Source: Amoebidium appalachense
Lineage: Eukaryota > Protista > Ichthyosporea
DNA length: 64,000 nt
Assembly: GCA_963693365.1 (NCBI GenBank)
Contig: CAVNZM010000009.1
Span: 10,296,243-10,360,242, forward strand
Direction of reading: 5' to 3'
Shown: positions 1 to 49,108 of the stretch, piece by piece
Position numbering within the stretch: the stretch's first letter is position 1
How the letters are laid out: every line of letters starts with the position of its first letter
The notes under the pieces: model-generated
Told to the model about the DNA's origin: nothing
Database searches by the model: none
Seen by the model: only the letters and a program-made list of their open reading frames with translations
Made by a program: the position numbers and the translations under genes

Positions 1-605
1 ACACGAAACTCTTCCTACCTCCCGGGCCTCCCCCCCTCCCCCCCCCCTTTCTCTCCCTCGAGCTTCCTCCCCTTAACCCCGCCCAACCCCCCCCCCCCTC
101 CCCCCCCTCCCCCCGCCCCCCCTCCCCCCCCCCCCCCCCTTCTCCCCTCCCCCAGCTCTCCTTCTCAAGTTCTCTCATCCCCCCTCCGAGGCTCTGTCTC
201 CTTCTCCCCTCTCCCCCCGGCTAAAATGGCCAAAGTTCTGGTGTTGAGAGCCTGTTGAACAACCCCGAAACCAGTGCTCGGATTGCGAGATTGCCATATT
301 TGGGTATAAATGTCGGTTGTTGTTGCATTTTATAGTAACAATGCACCCAAACAAATATGGAATAAAGCTTTCATGATAAGCACTTCGCTAATTAGCAAGC
401 AACACACAACTTACTGTCACCGTCTTTGGACACTTCGCAACTGCGTCGTTCAAATTCCCTCCCACTTTAGGTGCTTCCGTGGAAACTTCCAACACTTTTT
501 TTTTCTTTTTCTGTCTATTGTTTTTCTTCCTAACCCACGCCTCTCCACCAAACGACAACATGGTTAAAACCAATAACAAACGCCTGAAAACAGACAGCGA
601 AGGTG

Positions 606-1523
606 ATGGCCTTCCGGAGGGTGCAATACAGTCTCAGTGATTACGACACCAAGAAGACGTTTTACTTTGTCAAGTATAGAGATGAGCACACACATGCACT
701 TCTTCAAGCGTGGTTTACAGAGGAGGAAAAGGAGTTAATTACTAGGGAGGAAGCACCCGTTCCCTACGGTGTGTCTACTGATGAGCGCACTTGTAGGTGT
801 CAGTGTTGGGGGTATGTGCACAATCAAATCTCACAGGCATGCAAAAGGGGGATGTGTTACTTTGTCGATTTGGATAACATGGAAACTGTCGATGGATTGG
901 TAGTTGCCTTGGGTGTGAGCTCTGCAAGTAGCAGCGGGATTCGGGATGTGATTTCAAAAAAGGTGAAAGAAGGCAAAAGGAGGGAAATTGCAAACGAATA
1001 CGAAAAATCAAGAAAGGAAGGGACGGCAGGAGAGGCGAAAGGGTCTTCGGATTTCTTCGTATACCGTTAGTTGATAAATCAGCGGCATGTTTTTCTGGCA
1101 GGAGAGAAAAAAGACAAGACATCATCTTGTTATGTGGCGTGGTTGGGACCTGCTCAGAACGGAAGGATGTACTTTGAAAAGGAGGGAATGCAACTTGCTT
1201 TGGGAGTTTTTGCAGTGCGAGACATCCCAGAAAACGTTCCTTTGTTTGATTACAAGGGGGTTACCCGCCCGCAAAATGCTCTTGCAATTAACATCTATGT
1301 TGTAGCAAACACCATCGTTCGTGTGCCCGAAGACATGCCGTTTCGTTACGTTGTCGATGCATCCGAGCCTCAATTCTCATCTATTGGAAGGTATGTACAA
1401 TCGGCCAATGAGCCATGGAAAGCAAATGTGGAGGCGTACACCATGCCATGTTGCCAGCGCATATTTTACTACACGACAAGAGCAGTTAAGGCAGGCAAAG
1501 AGCTGAAGAGTTTATTGCAGTAG
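606..1523 (+). pseudogene. Intronless SET-domain (PR/SET-like) gene interrupted by an in-frame TAG and a probable C-terminal frameshift
   Basis: ORFs 603-1070 and 1071-1523 are the same frame, separated only by TAG at 1068-1070. The second half has SET motifs in order: LGVFAVRDIPENVPLFDYKG, VDASEPQFSSIGRYVQSA, NVEAY, IFYYTTRAVKAGKEL. The conserved ELxxxY tyrosine is missing in frame (ELKSLLQ*), but a TAT codon lies in the adjacent frame near 1513. Confidence 0.75.
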
Positions 1524-2068
1524 TGTGTGTGTGTGTGTGTGTTGGGGGGGAGGGGGGGGGGAGGGGGGGGGGGGGGGGCTTGCAGCTCCAGACAATCACA
1601 TGGAAACGCACGTACCACCTTCAGATATACGTACTCGTACATACATATTGATAAGAAAATTAATACAGATAATCCTAGGCAAGGGGATAGGGGGAGGGAT
1701 GGGGCGGTGGTGGTGGTGGTTGGGGGGGGGGGGGGGAGGGAGGGAGGGTAAACATGCACACATCCCCATGATCAAATAAAGCTACCTCGGGGCCTCTGGC
1801 CCTGGTTAATTAGCAGTATCTATCTCACCCCCACCCCCCCCCCCCCTCCTCCCGATACCCCCTCCCCTCACTTCAGCCGTGCACAAGGCACCCCGCCCAC
1901 TGAAATGGCATAACTATAACGTACCACGTGCACATGTACACTCACCCCACCACCACGCGTCTACACACCCTCACACACACTCACACCACCGTTTGCATGC
2001 TCAGCCCAACCTCCCTTCCATCACCACCACGAGTCCCATGTATACAGGGGGTGGAGGGAAGGGGTGGT

Positions 2069-2144
<76 letters not shown>

Positions 2145-3199
2145 AGAGTTGCGGACAATTAGGGGTGGTGATCATGAGCGCCAAGAAGTTGAAATGCCAC
2201 AAATTTATATGAGACACGAAAAACGAAATTATATTCCTGCTTTTTCGAAAAAAATTATAACAAAAGATACTTCAAACTTTTTGGATTCAGTTTATTCGTG
2301 CGGTGCGCACAGGCAGATGCTTTACGTATATATAGTATCGTTAGAGGGGTTCCTGTATACTGTATACCTCCACAAAATAACGGTGTTGGGATTACACCGG
2401 AGTGAGCCGGGTTTTGAGAGAGAAAGGCAGAGGGGGGCCGGGGGGAGGGGTGGGGATGGGGGGGGGGGGGTTTTTTTTTTCTTTTCCCCCCTCTCATACA
2501 CAGATGTATGCATGCATGTGCAATGGAAAATATGACGGTTCACTTTATTCTTTATACCCAACACGATTGCTGCGTGGGCTGTTAGCAAGGCCTCCTATAT
2601 ACCAGCATTATTCCCATTATCTATGGCTGCCACGCTGTTTTCAAGCCTTTTTATTGTAAAAGCGTTTATTAATTATTATTATTATTCTTAAATAATAGTA
2701 CATGAAAGTGCATTAACATAAAAATGAAAGTTTATAATACAACATCAAATACCACATCCCGCGGTCTCAGACCAGTTGAGGGGACTTTCGAAGCCCTCCC
2801 AGCAACGCAATAATTGTTTGATATATACTTCATAACTCGTACCCTATTTTCCCAACTCATATCACACAAAAATTTATAAAGTAACTAAAAAAGTAGGAAT
2901 ATAGCACGTTGATCATAAACGTTTTTATGTTACATAGAGATTAGTAACAACGATAAAGACACGTGCAACACACGTGCAATACCCATCTGGCCTAAACTTC
3001 GGGGACATAAAACGGCAAAACCATATCCATCCGAATATCCGTCGTCACAAAGTTAAACCAACATGTGGCTCACGAACCAATGGAAATCAGCGGTTATTTG
3101 CTTCGCAGGCCAAATATCCAATCACCAAGCTTGTTTGGCTGGTTGTTTACCATCAGCCAACCAAAACCGTTCTGTCCCTTTTCAAGCACCGTGGGCGAA

Positions 3200-3278
<79 letters not shown>

Positions 3279-3426
3279 GGGGAGGGGAGAGGGGGAGAGG
3301 TTGGGGGGGAGGGGGAATAGTAGTTTAGTACACAGTACAGGGGTCACTCACTATTAAGATAACAGGTAAATACGGTTTAGGGTCTAAAATCTTAAGGTTT
3401 CTCGGCCGTAGGGTTCATTATCTTAT

Positions 3427-3478
<52 letters not shown>

Positions 3479-3563
3479 TGCCCACCCGCTTGCCCCGCCC
3501 GCCTGCCCCGGTCTTGTAGGTCCTTCTTCTGGGCTGCGGGGGGTTTTTTTTTTCTTTTTTTTC

Positions 3564-3607
<44 letters not shown>

Positions 3608-3608
<1 letters not shown>

Positions 3609-3768
3609 ACTCACACAGTGCACCGTGACACGGATACACGGAGACACCCACACACCCACATTGTGATACACACGTGCACACACACACACACACACCAAGT
3701 TCACAAACATACCCAGTGGTAGACGAGCACACAATCCAAATGAACACAGACAAATGAACACATTCTCG

Positions 3769-3807
<39 letters not shown>

Positions 3808-4341
3808 CAACAACAACAAAAGACAAAAAAAAAAAAAAAAAAAAAAAAAACCTACCCGCCCATAAAAAGGACGCACAGGACAGGGAGGGGGAAGGGGGGA
3901 GGTTGGGAGAAGACGCACACAAACACGTGCAACGTCACACCGACACACACGCAAACAGTGTCACACACACACACCACACACACAAAGACACCGAGTGACA
4001 AGCGAGCACAAAATCCAAATGTACACACAGATATATGCACACAATTTCGCACAGCCCCTTCCCCCTCCCCCCTCCCCCCTCCCCCGCCTCCCCCCCACAC
4101 AAAAAAAAAAACCTCCCCGTCCATAAAGAGGGCCCACAGGACGGGGGGGGGGGGGGGGGGGGGGGGGGGAGGGGGCGGGGAGGGGGGAGGATACGCACAC
4201 ACACACCGTGCACCGTCACACGGACACACAATTTCATTGTGATACACAACTGCACACACACACACACACACAGACACACACACAGTGACAAACGAACACA
4301 AAAACTAAATGTACACACAGATCTGCACACATTTTTGCACA
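3608..4341. repeat. Degenerate ~290-bp tandem repeat (about 3 units) with embedded poly-G/C and (CA)n
   Basis: The core agtg-acaa-cgagcaca-aatccaaatg-acac-cagat--tgcacaca-tt--gc recurs near 3715-3768, 3993-4053 and 4284-4341. ccc--ccataaa-agg-c-cacaggac-ggg recurs near 3855 and 4116. Confidence 0.7.
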
Positions 4342-4514
4342 GAAAGGTGCATAGTAGAGTCGGGGAGTCCTTGTCCGGGCACCGTGGGCCCATTAATGTA
4401 AATCGTTACACTCTTTCTTAGCCGGTTGCACACACACACACACACACGTACACACACACATACACACACACAAACACACACACACACACTTGAAGGCCAG
4501 GACACTCACCCACC

Positions 4515-4553
<39 letters not shown>

Positions 4554-4855
4554 TGTACACACACACACATTGACTTTTTCGGTCTGTTGATTGGTAACGA
4601 AGCTAACCAGACAAGAAATATGATCTGCTGCACAGAAGGGCTTTTCTTGTGCACAGCCTAATAATAATATGATACTAGACTAGACTAATTATAAGTAAGA
4701 AAGCCACAGCCTCACCTCCGAATCCCCCCGTCCCTCCCTCCCCCCCCCCCCCCCCCCTTTCCGCGTTATCTTATTTTCCTACCAGCCTCGGTAGCCCCTA
4801 GAATCTCAATTTTTTTCAAAAAATCTAGTGCTATTTATCTTATAGGTGAATTATC

Positions 4856-5553
4856 TTAATCCTGAATGACCCCTGTAAATAGGTACGAGGTCAGAATTTG
4901 GTAACCGTAGGTACTAAAGTGCAAACCCATTTGGTTGTTTGATTGCAGTATAGTGCTGGACTGCAGCGACAGGACAGTAACAGATGATACTGAACACGTG
5001 TTCGTTAGTTTGGGTCTTAACAAAACCGGGGGGGAGGGGGGGGGGGGGGGGGTGATACATACCACAAAGCTCCTGCCCAGATTTGGCTTTCCAGTATAAG
5101 TGACGGTATCTTGCAAGCACGTGATCGTGCCTCCACCCAATTGGACAGGGTCCGTAACAACCAACGACCCATTCACTGGTGTGACGTCACTCGATTGAAA
5201 CTGTGTACAGGCCGGTGGCCTGCAGGTATCTTTTGCAGTTATAGGCCGACCACGTGCAAGAACACCACCCGAGTTTTCCCTCGATTTTGACTTTAGAAGT
5301 TGTGGGGTTGAATGTAAGGAGGGTGTCTGCGCCTGCTACCTCAGTAGTGTAAAGGAAGTTGCCATAAACGGGGTGGGCCAGGAAGAGAGAATAGCCGGAG
5401 ATGGTGGTGTCTGTGAGATCGAAGGTAGTGCGTGCCTGAGGGGGTGATGGAGATAGGTTAGGATACGGCGAGGGGGAGGGGAGGGGGGGGGGGGGGGGGG
5501 GGAAGGAAGGGGGGAAGGGGGGGGGGGGGGGCAGAGGAGGAGGAGGAGCAGGA

Positions 5554-5589
<36 letters not shown>

Positions 5590-5940
5590 CATGTGTGTAT
5601 ATGTGTGTTTGTGTTTGTGTACACGGTGTGTGTGTGTGTGTGTGTGTGTTTTTGTATGTTGTGTGTGTGTATGCTTGCGAGGGGAGGCCGGCAGTGATGG
5701 GGGCAGGGGGAGGAGGGGGATAGGGGGAGGGGAGGCAAGGGGGTTTTCAAGAAGGAGAGAAGGCAACATAATTTACACATACATAAGCTTTAAGGGTTCA
5801 CGCCCACATCCATCCACACCCACCCACATGCACACACATTCTTACCTTCTGTGAGTGTTTGCGAGTCTGAGTGAGCGCTTGCGAGTGTGAGCGAGTGAGC
5901 ACGTGTGAGTGAGTTGACCTCATGGGTGTGTGTGCCAGTG

Positions 5941-5980
<40 letters not shown>

Positions 5981-6002
5981 TGTGCACGTGTGTGTGTATG
6001 CA

Positions 6003-6034
<32 letters not shown>

Positions 6035-6058
6035 TGCACATGTGGGAGGGGCCCGGGG

Positions 6059-6093
<35 letters not shown>

Positions 6094-6186
6094 TAGGGGG
6101 GCGAGGGAGGGAGGGAGAAGCCCCGGGGAGAAGGTCACTCCCAATAGTATGGCATATACTAGCACTACCCCAAAAAAATTTATCAT
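4856..6186 (-). CDS. Hypothetical spliced protein, possibly secreted; exon structure only partly resolved
   Basis: Non-repetitive, coding-like blocks bounded by AG/GT: 5943-5846 (GTAAGA donor); 5435-5063 (ARTTFDLTDTTISGYSLFLAHPVYGNFLY...GSLVVTDPVQLGGGTITCLQDTVTYTGKPNLGRSFV, GTATGT donor; needs one small internal intron or a frameshift); 4960-4856 (SSTILQ...FTGVIQD*). A hydrophobic start MINFFGVVLVYAILLGVTFS at 6186 may be a signal peptide, but its splice to the rest is not resolved. Confidence 0.35.
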
Positions 6187-6686
6187 GCAGTTGTTTACAA
6201 CTTTTCCTGTACAGTTTTACACAGTTTGGTTGGATCTACTCGTGTACAACTTTGCTCTGGAAAAGAGTGTTATGCATTTCGGAGTCTGGATGGAATTGCT
6301 GTTGGTCTCAGTAGGTCAGCTCATGACAAGAGTTCGATACCTGCCAGTCGGAACTTGGCAAAGAAAGCCACACAATACGTACCCATGTTTTTATAAAACA
6401 CACCAAAAAAATCAGGAATAGATGTGTGTTGATGATACATACATGCATTCATTTTTATTTGAATATCATGACCCCACAACCATAAAAATCGGTAGCCTAG
6501 CGGCAAGTCTCAAGAGTCACAACAATACATATTCTCATTCATTCATCCCCGTGCCCATTGAACTGATATATAAACAGTCTGAAATGTAAAGAATCAATGC
6601 ACTTCAAGGCTACTTAGCACTAAGGTCAGCCATGGGAGCATCATTGCTACGTAATAACTTTACCTGAGCATTGCACTCAAAAACGC

Positions 6687-6773
<87 letters not shown>

Positions 6774-7030
6774 CGCGTGTGTGCGCGTGCGTGTGTGTGT
6801 GTGTGTGTGCGTGCGTGCTGTGTGTGTGTCTGTCTGTGAAGATGTGTGTGGGTGTGTGCTCTGTAAAATGTCAACCAGATACGCACGTTGTTCCACATAA
6901 AGAATCTTTCTCTTACAATCTGTCGTTCGATTCGCATACATACACACACATACCCGAAACCGATCTCAGACCCTGCCAACTGCCACCACAACTCATTATG
7001 ATGGTCTTCATTTTGAGACACGTATATACT

Positions 7031-26218
<19,188 letters not shown>

Positions 26219-26978
26219 GGTGCCTGATCACTACAAGAATGACCTGCGTGGAGAATGTCAAATGTTTGTGCCGGTTCTGCACCCATGCACTAATAAGAAA
26301 ACGCTATAACATATCTTCTGGCTGCGTTACTTCTACTTACGAAAACTGTGTACTTGGCACAACCTAGCTAGATGAGATGCCTTGAGCTAAGCGGCTACAT
26401 AAGTCAATTGAAGAAGTTTCGGAAGAGCCTTGTTTACACTTAGTCTGTCACATTCTGCGTCATCAATCGAAATGCCTGGCAGTGTACTTCTGCGAAGTCT
26501 CATTTGAAGGGAGCCACAGAGTGTTAGTCTACGAAACAGCTATAAGCCTCAGATATATGCCTGAGTACCGCTGTTCGAGTTGTAAGGAAACAAAAACCTT
26601 CGTTGTAAAACATGGAGTCACAATAACGCGTACGTTAGGGCTCGAACACGGAGGCAAACACACAACTACGAACTCACTGGCGCACGTTTGAACCCCGGCT
26701 GGGGATTGGACAGAACGCGCGTCTCTGAGAGAGAATTCGCAGCCCAGAACAGGCCAGGGATCAGACTCAGTTTCTTTCTTTCTTAGCTATGGCTTTAGTC
26801 GCGTTCATTGTCGCTGAACCGTCAGAATAGAGGGGTCTCTGGAGTATACGTTGTGCTAAGTTCAATTTTTTGTATGTGTACACACTTCACGCAGGCCAGC
26901 AGCATTCCTACGCTTAGGCTACCTGATAAAAAACTTTCAAATACACTCCCTCGAAAAACACACGGTTAGGGTTTGGAA

Positions 26979-27169
<191 letters not shown>

Positions 27170-27418
27170 CGCGTGCGTGTGCATGGCAAGTATGTGTGTG
27201 CACGTGTGAGCAGCCATGATTGCCGCAAGTTATTCGTGCGGAGATGTGTGTTGGCATCACCAGCTGATTGTGTTTGTGTTTACGTGGGTGGGTGGGTGGA
27301 TGGATGGATGTGTGTATTTGACGTGCGTTTATGTGTGTGTATGTGTGTGTTTTGCATGTTAGCTGCACCGAACGCGAGTTTATGTCCCCAGTGGCATGTG
27401 CATGCACGAGCAAAAGGG

Positions 27419-27453
<35 letters not shown>

Positions 27454-28257
27454 GGGGGGCAGGGGGAGGGAGGAAAGGAGAGAGTGTGTGTTTATGTGTG
27501 TGTGTGTGTGCGTGTGGAGTGAGATCATGTTTGGTGTGTGTGTGTGCGTGTGGAGCTCGGGTGAAATCATGTTTGGTGTGTGTGTGTGTGTGTGGAGTGG
27601 GATCATGTTTGCAATTGTGTGTGTGTGTGTGCACGCACAAAGCAGGACGACAGGCCCTGTTTCGCACGTGGGACGCTGTGTCATTCTGGGCTTTTCTTCT
27701 CTCAAAGTTGGAATATTTATAAAACAAATCAAAAAGTAGGAATATATATGGAATATGTGTCTGCTGAAAACACACGGCATACATCCAAGACCTCGGGAGA
27801 TCAGGAGGCCTTGCATACATCAGGCAAGTCCAATTCAAACATACAGGACTATCTACGAATCTATCAAATGTTTTAAACTCACAAAACCACCAACGTCACT
27901 GAGATGTTTGTTTCCGTGTGCTGGTGACCTCCCCCCCCCCCCCCCCCCAAAAAAAAAAAAAAAAAAAAAAAAATGCAGATACACGATACACAAGTCTACT
28001 CTAGCTACATGCGAGGAACGGACATGCGAGGAACGGGAAACACCCATCAGCCAGCAACATCTTTTGAGGTTTGCTTACATCCCGTGTACCATATCTGGAA
28101 GTGTGAAGCCATACAAGTACGTGTGTTGGTACTAAGCAAAAAAAACGTCAAAAAAAATAAAGGGAAAGTTTCAGTTCAGCAATATCTTTTGCCTTCGTAA
28201 TCTATTTTTTCCTCATGTTTGGTAAAGTTTTCGTTAATGTTTTCTATATGACACAAC

Positions 28258-37162
<8,905 letters not shown>

Positions 37163-38147
37163 GATCGTCTTTTTGACTTCCCTGATGTTTGTGACACTAT
37201 AGCCAGCTAGCACCACTCCAAGACACACTAACGAAGAAGGTTAAAAAAAAGAAGTTTTCTCGCCTAAGCTACTATTTCAGCCCTTTTGTTAATGTCACGT
37301 CGAAACACCTGTTTATATATTTGCAAAAACACTCCCTCCCCAACTTCTGTTGCGTGAGTGCAAAGCTCGTGTTTTCAATATGTTAAGACGAGGTACGGGA
37401 TGTGATTTGGCGGCGGGGCCCAAAATTATTGCGCCCCGCGAGATCCAAATGCTGTAATCTGGCGAGCTATCGACGCGTAAATTGGGCCATTTTGATATTT
37501 TCAGCAAAAACCACAAGTGTTGTACCGGCTAAACCGGGCAGCGGAATTAGCTGAAACCCAAAAAAATAGACGTAACTTATTTTTTTGCTATTACAACGTC
37601 TCATCTCTATATTGCCTCTTTTTTTTTCTTTTCTTTTTTTTTTTTTTTGGCTTTATATCCACGAGCGGCTCAGTGACATGGTGTCGTTGGCGCCAAAACG
37701 CTTCTCAACCAATCCAAAAGCCCTTGACGGTTATTTGAAATTCCGAGCCTGTACACTCTGTGCAGCCTGCCAGCCTGTCGCTCTCACACTGTCTGACAGC
37801 TGTGTCCAGAAGAGAGTGAAGATTGGGGAAGGTAGGATGGCGATGCCCCAAGATTCAAATTCAGGCAGTCAGGAAAGACAAAAGCTTGCACATGAGACGC
37901 ACAGCGCTGCAGGCAAGGCGCATATATTATTATCATTGACTTCAACGTGCTAAGCTGACTTCCAGCAATTCTTGAGCCCCGGGCCCATCGATATCAAGGG
38001 ACTCGGTCTGGTGACCAGAAGAAACTTTTTGGTACCAGCTCCTGCGTGTGATTTGTGCGTGCACAAGTACAGGAGTTGTAATATTAGGCATGAGAATTTC
38101 TTGTTACGACCATGACATATCACAGCACTACAGCTTGATTAAGTTAC

Positions 38148-38268
38148 AACTGTCACTACATTACACCTGCAAGGCTGCCTACTTATATATGTAGAGCACA
38201 TGCACATGGTTTGCATGTGCTCTACATATATAAGTAGGCAGCCTTGCAGGTGTAATGTGGTGACAGTT
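38148..38268. repeat. Near-perfect inverted repeat: 57-bp arms, 7-nt loop
   Basis: 38148-38204 is the reverse complement of 38212-38268 with a single T/G mismatch; the loop is catggtt. Confidence 0.97.
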
Positions 38269-38479
38269 TCTTCACAGACAAGAGATTGCGTACACATCAT
38301 GAACACAAAGCAATTTTTCCGAGTTTTCCATACCAGAAAAATATAGTAATATATGCATGTGCGCACCCTCCACGTTTGCGAGTGGCTTTCCTTGCCTTTT
38401 ACTTTTTTTCTGCAGTGAATCGTGTCCCTTGTGGGGAGAGGTGGTGGTGCACGTGGTGGTGGTGACCCAGTGATTGGGG

Positions 38480-38616
<137 letters not shown>

Positions 38617-39311
38617 AGGCATGCTGCCCAGGGAATAATTGGGATTTAGGCGCCATCAGCTGGGGCCATCTAGTTCTGGCTCAGGTAGGCCGTGCAAGCA
38701 CATGCACACTGAGGTGACGTCGACCAGTTACCACTTTCTTATCAGCCACACATCTATAGCGCTTCCCTGCCTGAAAAAATAAAAATAAACGCTCCTTCAT
38801 TGCCAAAAGTGTAACGTGTAAATTGGAAACAACGGAGCCCGCTCGGATGTTCCCGCTGGGCAACACAGCTCAAACGGTTCAAGTTGGTGAGTTGCCCCAG
38901 ATGGACTTATCAGCCTAATGTAGCCTAAAGTTGGGTAGATTTACATAAAGATCGGTTAATCGTGATACTTGGGGTTTACAATTTGATCTATGTTTTTCCA
39001 GATCATAAATTGAGATCGAACTTTGCAAGGCGATCAGAGAACGTCAAAAGATCATCATCCCACAAAAGAGGGCGTTGTGACCAACCTTTCGTTTTTCGTT
39101 TTACGTTTGTAGAGAGGCAATAACAAGGGAAGAGTATCATCCTGTTAGTATCCACGTCCATCCATCGCGCATCTTTTTGCATTATTCACCATCACCTAGT
39201 TTTCTGCTAGCGGCTGCTTTAGAAGTAGTTTTGAGCTAGGATAGAGAGAAGGGTAGGCACAGGAGAAGTAGAACTTACAAGGGAGTTTAGCCTCCTTTTT
39301 TTGCCTTCACC

Positions 39312-46759
<7,448 letters not shown>

Positions 46760-46760
46760 G

Positions 46761-46836
<76 letters not shown>

Positions 46837-47381
46837 CACACATGTGTGCGCCTTAGGATTCATGTTGCTTTTATTAGGGAAAGGATGTGACTTCTCCATA
46901 TACCACTAATGTTAGTAAAATATACTTAGCAAAAAACATTGTGTGGTTGTGTGCCTAGGAGCCATGAATGTCAATGTAAGAAACTCCAAGGACATTTTTA
47001 CCGTGTTGATTCCTTGCTTTGTTAGTTGGCTTTTTTATAGAGATGTCGATTTGCCTGCTCCCACCAACTAAGTATTGGCGCTATTCATAGTTTTGTTTAT
47101 CCCAGCCTTCGCGACAAATTCTGTTGATTATCAATGGTTTGGGCCCTCCTAGTCATTTAGCAAGTTAGCCACTTAGCAAGTTTGGTTTTGCCCAGGCTTA
47201 AGCTTCCATGCTGTACATACAACGATTTGGTGATACTGAATAAACAAACCGACTGCAGATTTTGCGGTTTCTTTTTTTTTTGATCTAGGGAGTCCCCACC
47301 CATACTACCGGCACATCGATATCATGACATTTTCGAAACTCCACTTCACCCACCGGACGTGGGGCTCTATTTTGCATTCCT

Positions 47382-47453
<72 letters not shown>

Positions 47454-48072
47454 CCACGCTCACGCACCTTTATAATCCTCATAAATTATGAAGGGCACTC
47501 ACACGTGTACACGTCGACATTAATATTGAAACCGTTCGGGTACTGGGATGTGTACATATGCATGCGGACAGTCTACGGTATGTGCAAGAGTGGTTGCCGT
47601 AATAACCGTCGTTTGTAATCACAACCAAGGAAGCAAGTTGCCTGGCACCGTGTCGACGTTATTCGCAGTTGTGAATTGGATAATGTTCACAATTGCAATG
47701 CAGCACACGATAAGTTATAGCAGGAAAAGGAAACATGCATGACATACTGTAAATACGCGGACGTACAACAAACTTGTGACCACATCGTCGTCACGTTGAA
47801 TATGCAATTTTATCTGAATCAGCTATCATTTTCATACAACCGCGTGTTATTCAGTGCACATCGCAGGAAAAACTATGTTACTACAATTTTTAAAAAAAAA
47901 TTCTATAAATATGCATTGGTCACCACTTTGCAACATGTACATTACGTATTACACCGGGGTTTACACTGTTTACTCGAGGCAAACAGAGACCAGTCTCAGG
48001 TATACGTATGGGGGGAAAGTTTGCTCGGAATATCCCAGGCCCCTCGATAGTATTTCACACGGTATCTGAGCT

Positions 48073-48123
<51 letters not shown>

Positions 48124-48159
48124 CACACCGTGCACGTGTCCTTAGGCAACACCGTGTGA

Positions 48160-48194
<35 letters not shown>

Positions 48195-49064
48195 TTCTCT
48201 GGCTGTACAACTGACAGTTTCATTTGGATGTGTGCCGTGTAGTTCATGTCCCTCACCAAACACCCACATATATATGTGCAACAGTAGTGCTTTTTCATCC
48301 AACTTGAAGTATGGAGCACTATGATATATGCTACACAGGTGCTCACATGCTTGTGTCTATCAAAGACCTTCTAATGCCCAGCTCTTTGCTCGTCCCCCCA
48401 ATGATGCCCCGAAATTCAATCTCTCTGATCCCTCCGACACCCCTCTATCAGTAGGTTTATGGGTCCCCCTTGCACCCACCAAGGGGTTTGACCACATGTA
48501 GAGATTTCGATTTTTTTTTTTTTCGGGCTTTTTATTGGCTCCTGGGAGTGGATAAACTTGGGCTAATCGCACTCCCGGCACTAGATCTAGAGATTTCAAC
48601 TCGGCGTCTTATTGGCTCCCGGGAGTGGGTTAGATCCAGGTAATCACACCCCCGGCAACTCACCAACACAGCAGAGATTTCATAAGGGACAACACAATAG
48701 AGATTGCAAAGCATAATTCTTTAACGGATCCGTTAAAAAGTATGCTGGGGGGGGGGGGGGGGGGGGGGGGGGGGAGGGAGGGGGGGGAGGGGATTGTTGG
48801 TAGGGGAAAAGAGATTGGAAGGAGCGACAAGACTACACCTGTGTGTGTGTGTGTGTGGGGGAGGGGGGGGGGGGGGGGGGAGGGGGGGAGGGGGGGGGGG
48901 GGGGGGGGTTGACAAGGCAGCAACGGGCAAGTAGACAAAAGTGTTTGCTTGCTTGGTTTGGGTGGTTGGTTGGTAGCGGAAAAAGGCGGCGGCAAACCTC
49001 GAGAGAGTTCTTGAGCGAGCTGGTTAAGTAGCAGCTTAGAAGCTGATGATGGTTTTTTTTTTTT

Positions 49065-49108
<44 letters not shown>

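Noticed and set aside
1068-1070. TAG reassignment or readthrough as an alternative genetic code
   Set aside because: EMC2 and RBM26 both end at TAG at sensible positions, no other gene has internal stops, and the SET gene has a second lesion.
300-2561. 11-bp inverted repeat (300-310 / 2551-2561) as transposon ends around the SET gene
   Set aside because: Too short, does not extend, no TSD and no transposase.
4880-4935. SGNH-hydrolase block V-like motif (MGLHFSTYGYQIL)
   Set aside because: It lacks the catalytic Asp of DxxH, and no GDS(L) block is found upstream.
26960-26975. Telomere-like TTAGGG (also near 3377 and 50493)
   Set aside because: Single units only, as expected by chance.
37585-38040. 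Possible small plus-strand gene upstream of the hairpin
   Set aside because: No convincing exon chain or protein similarity.
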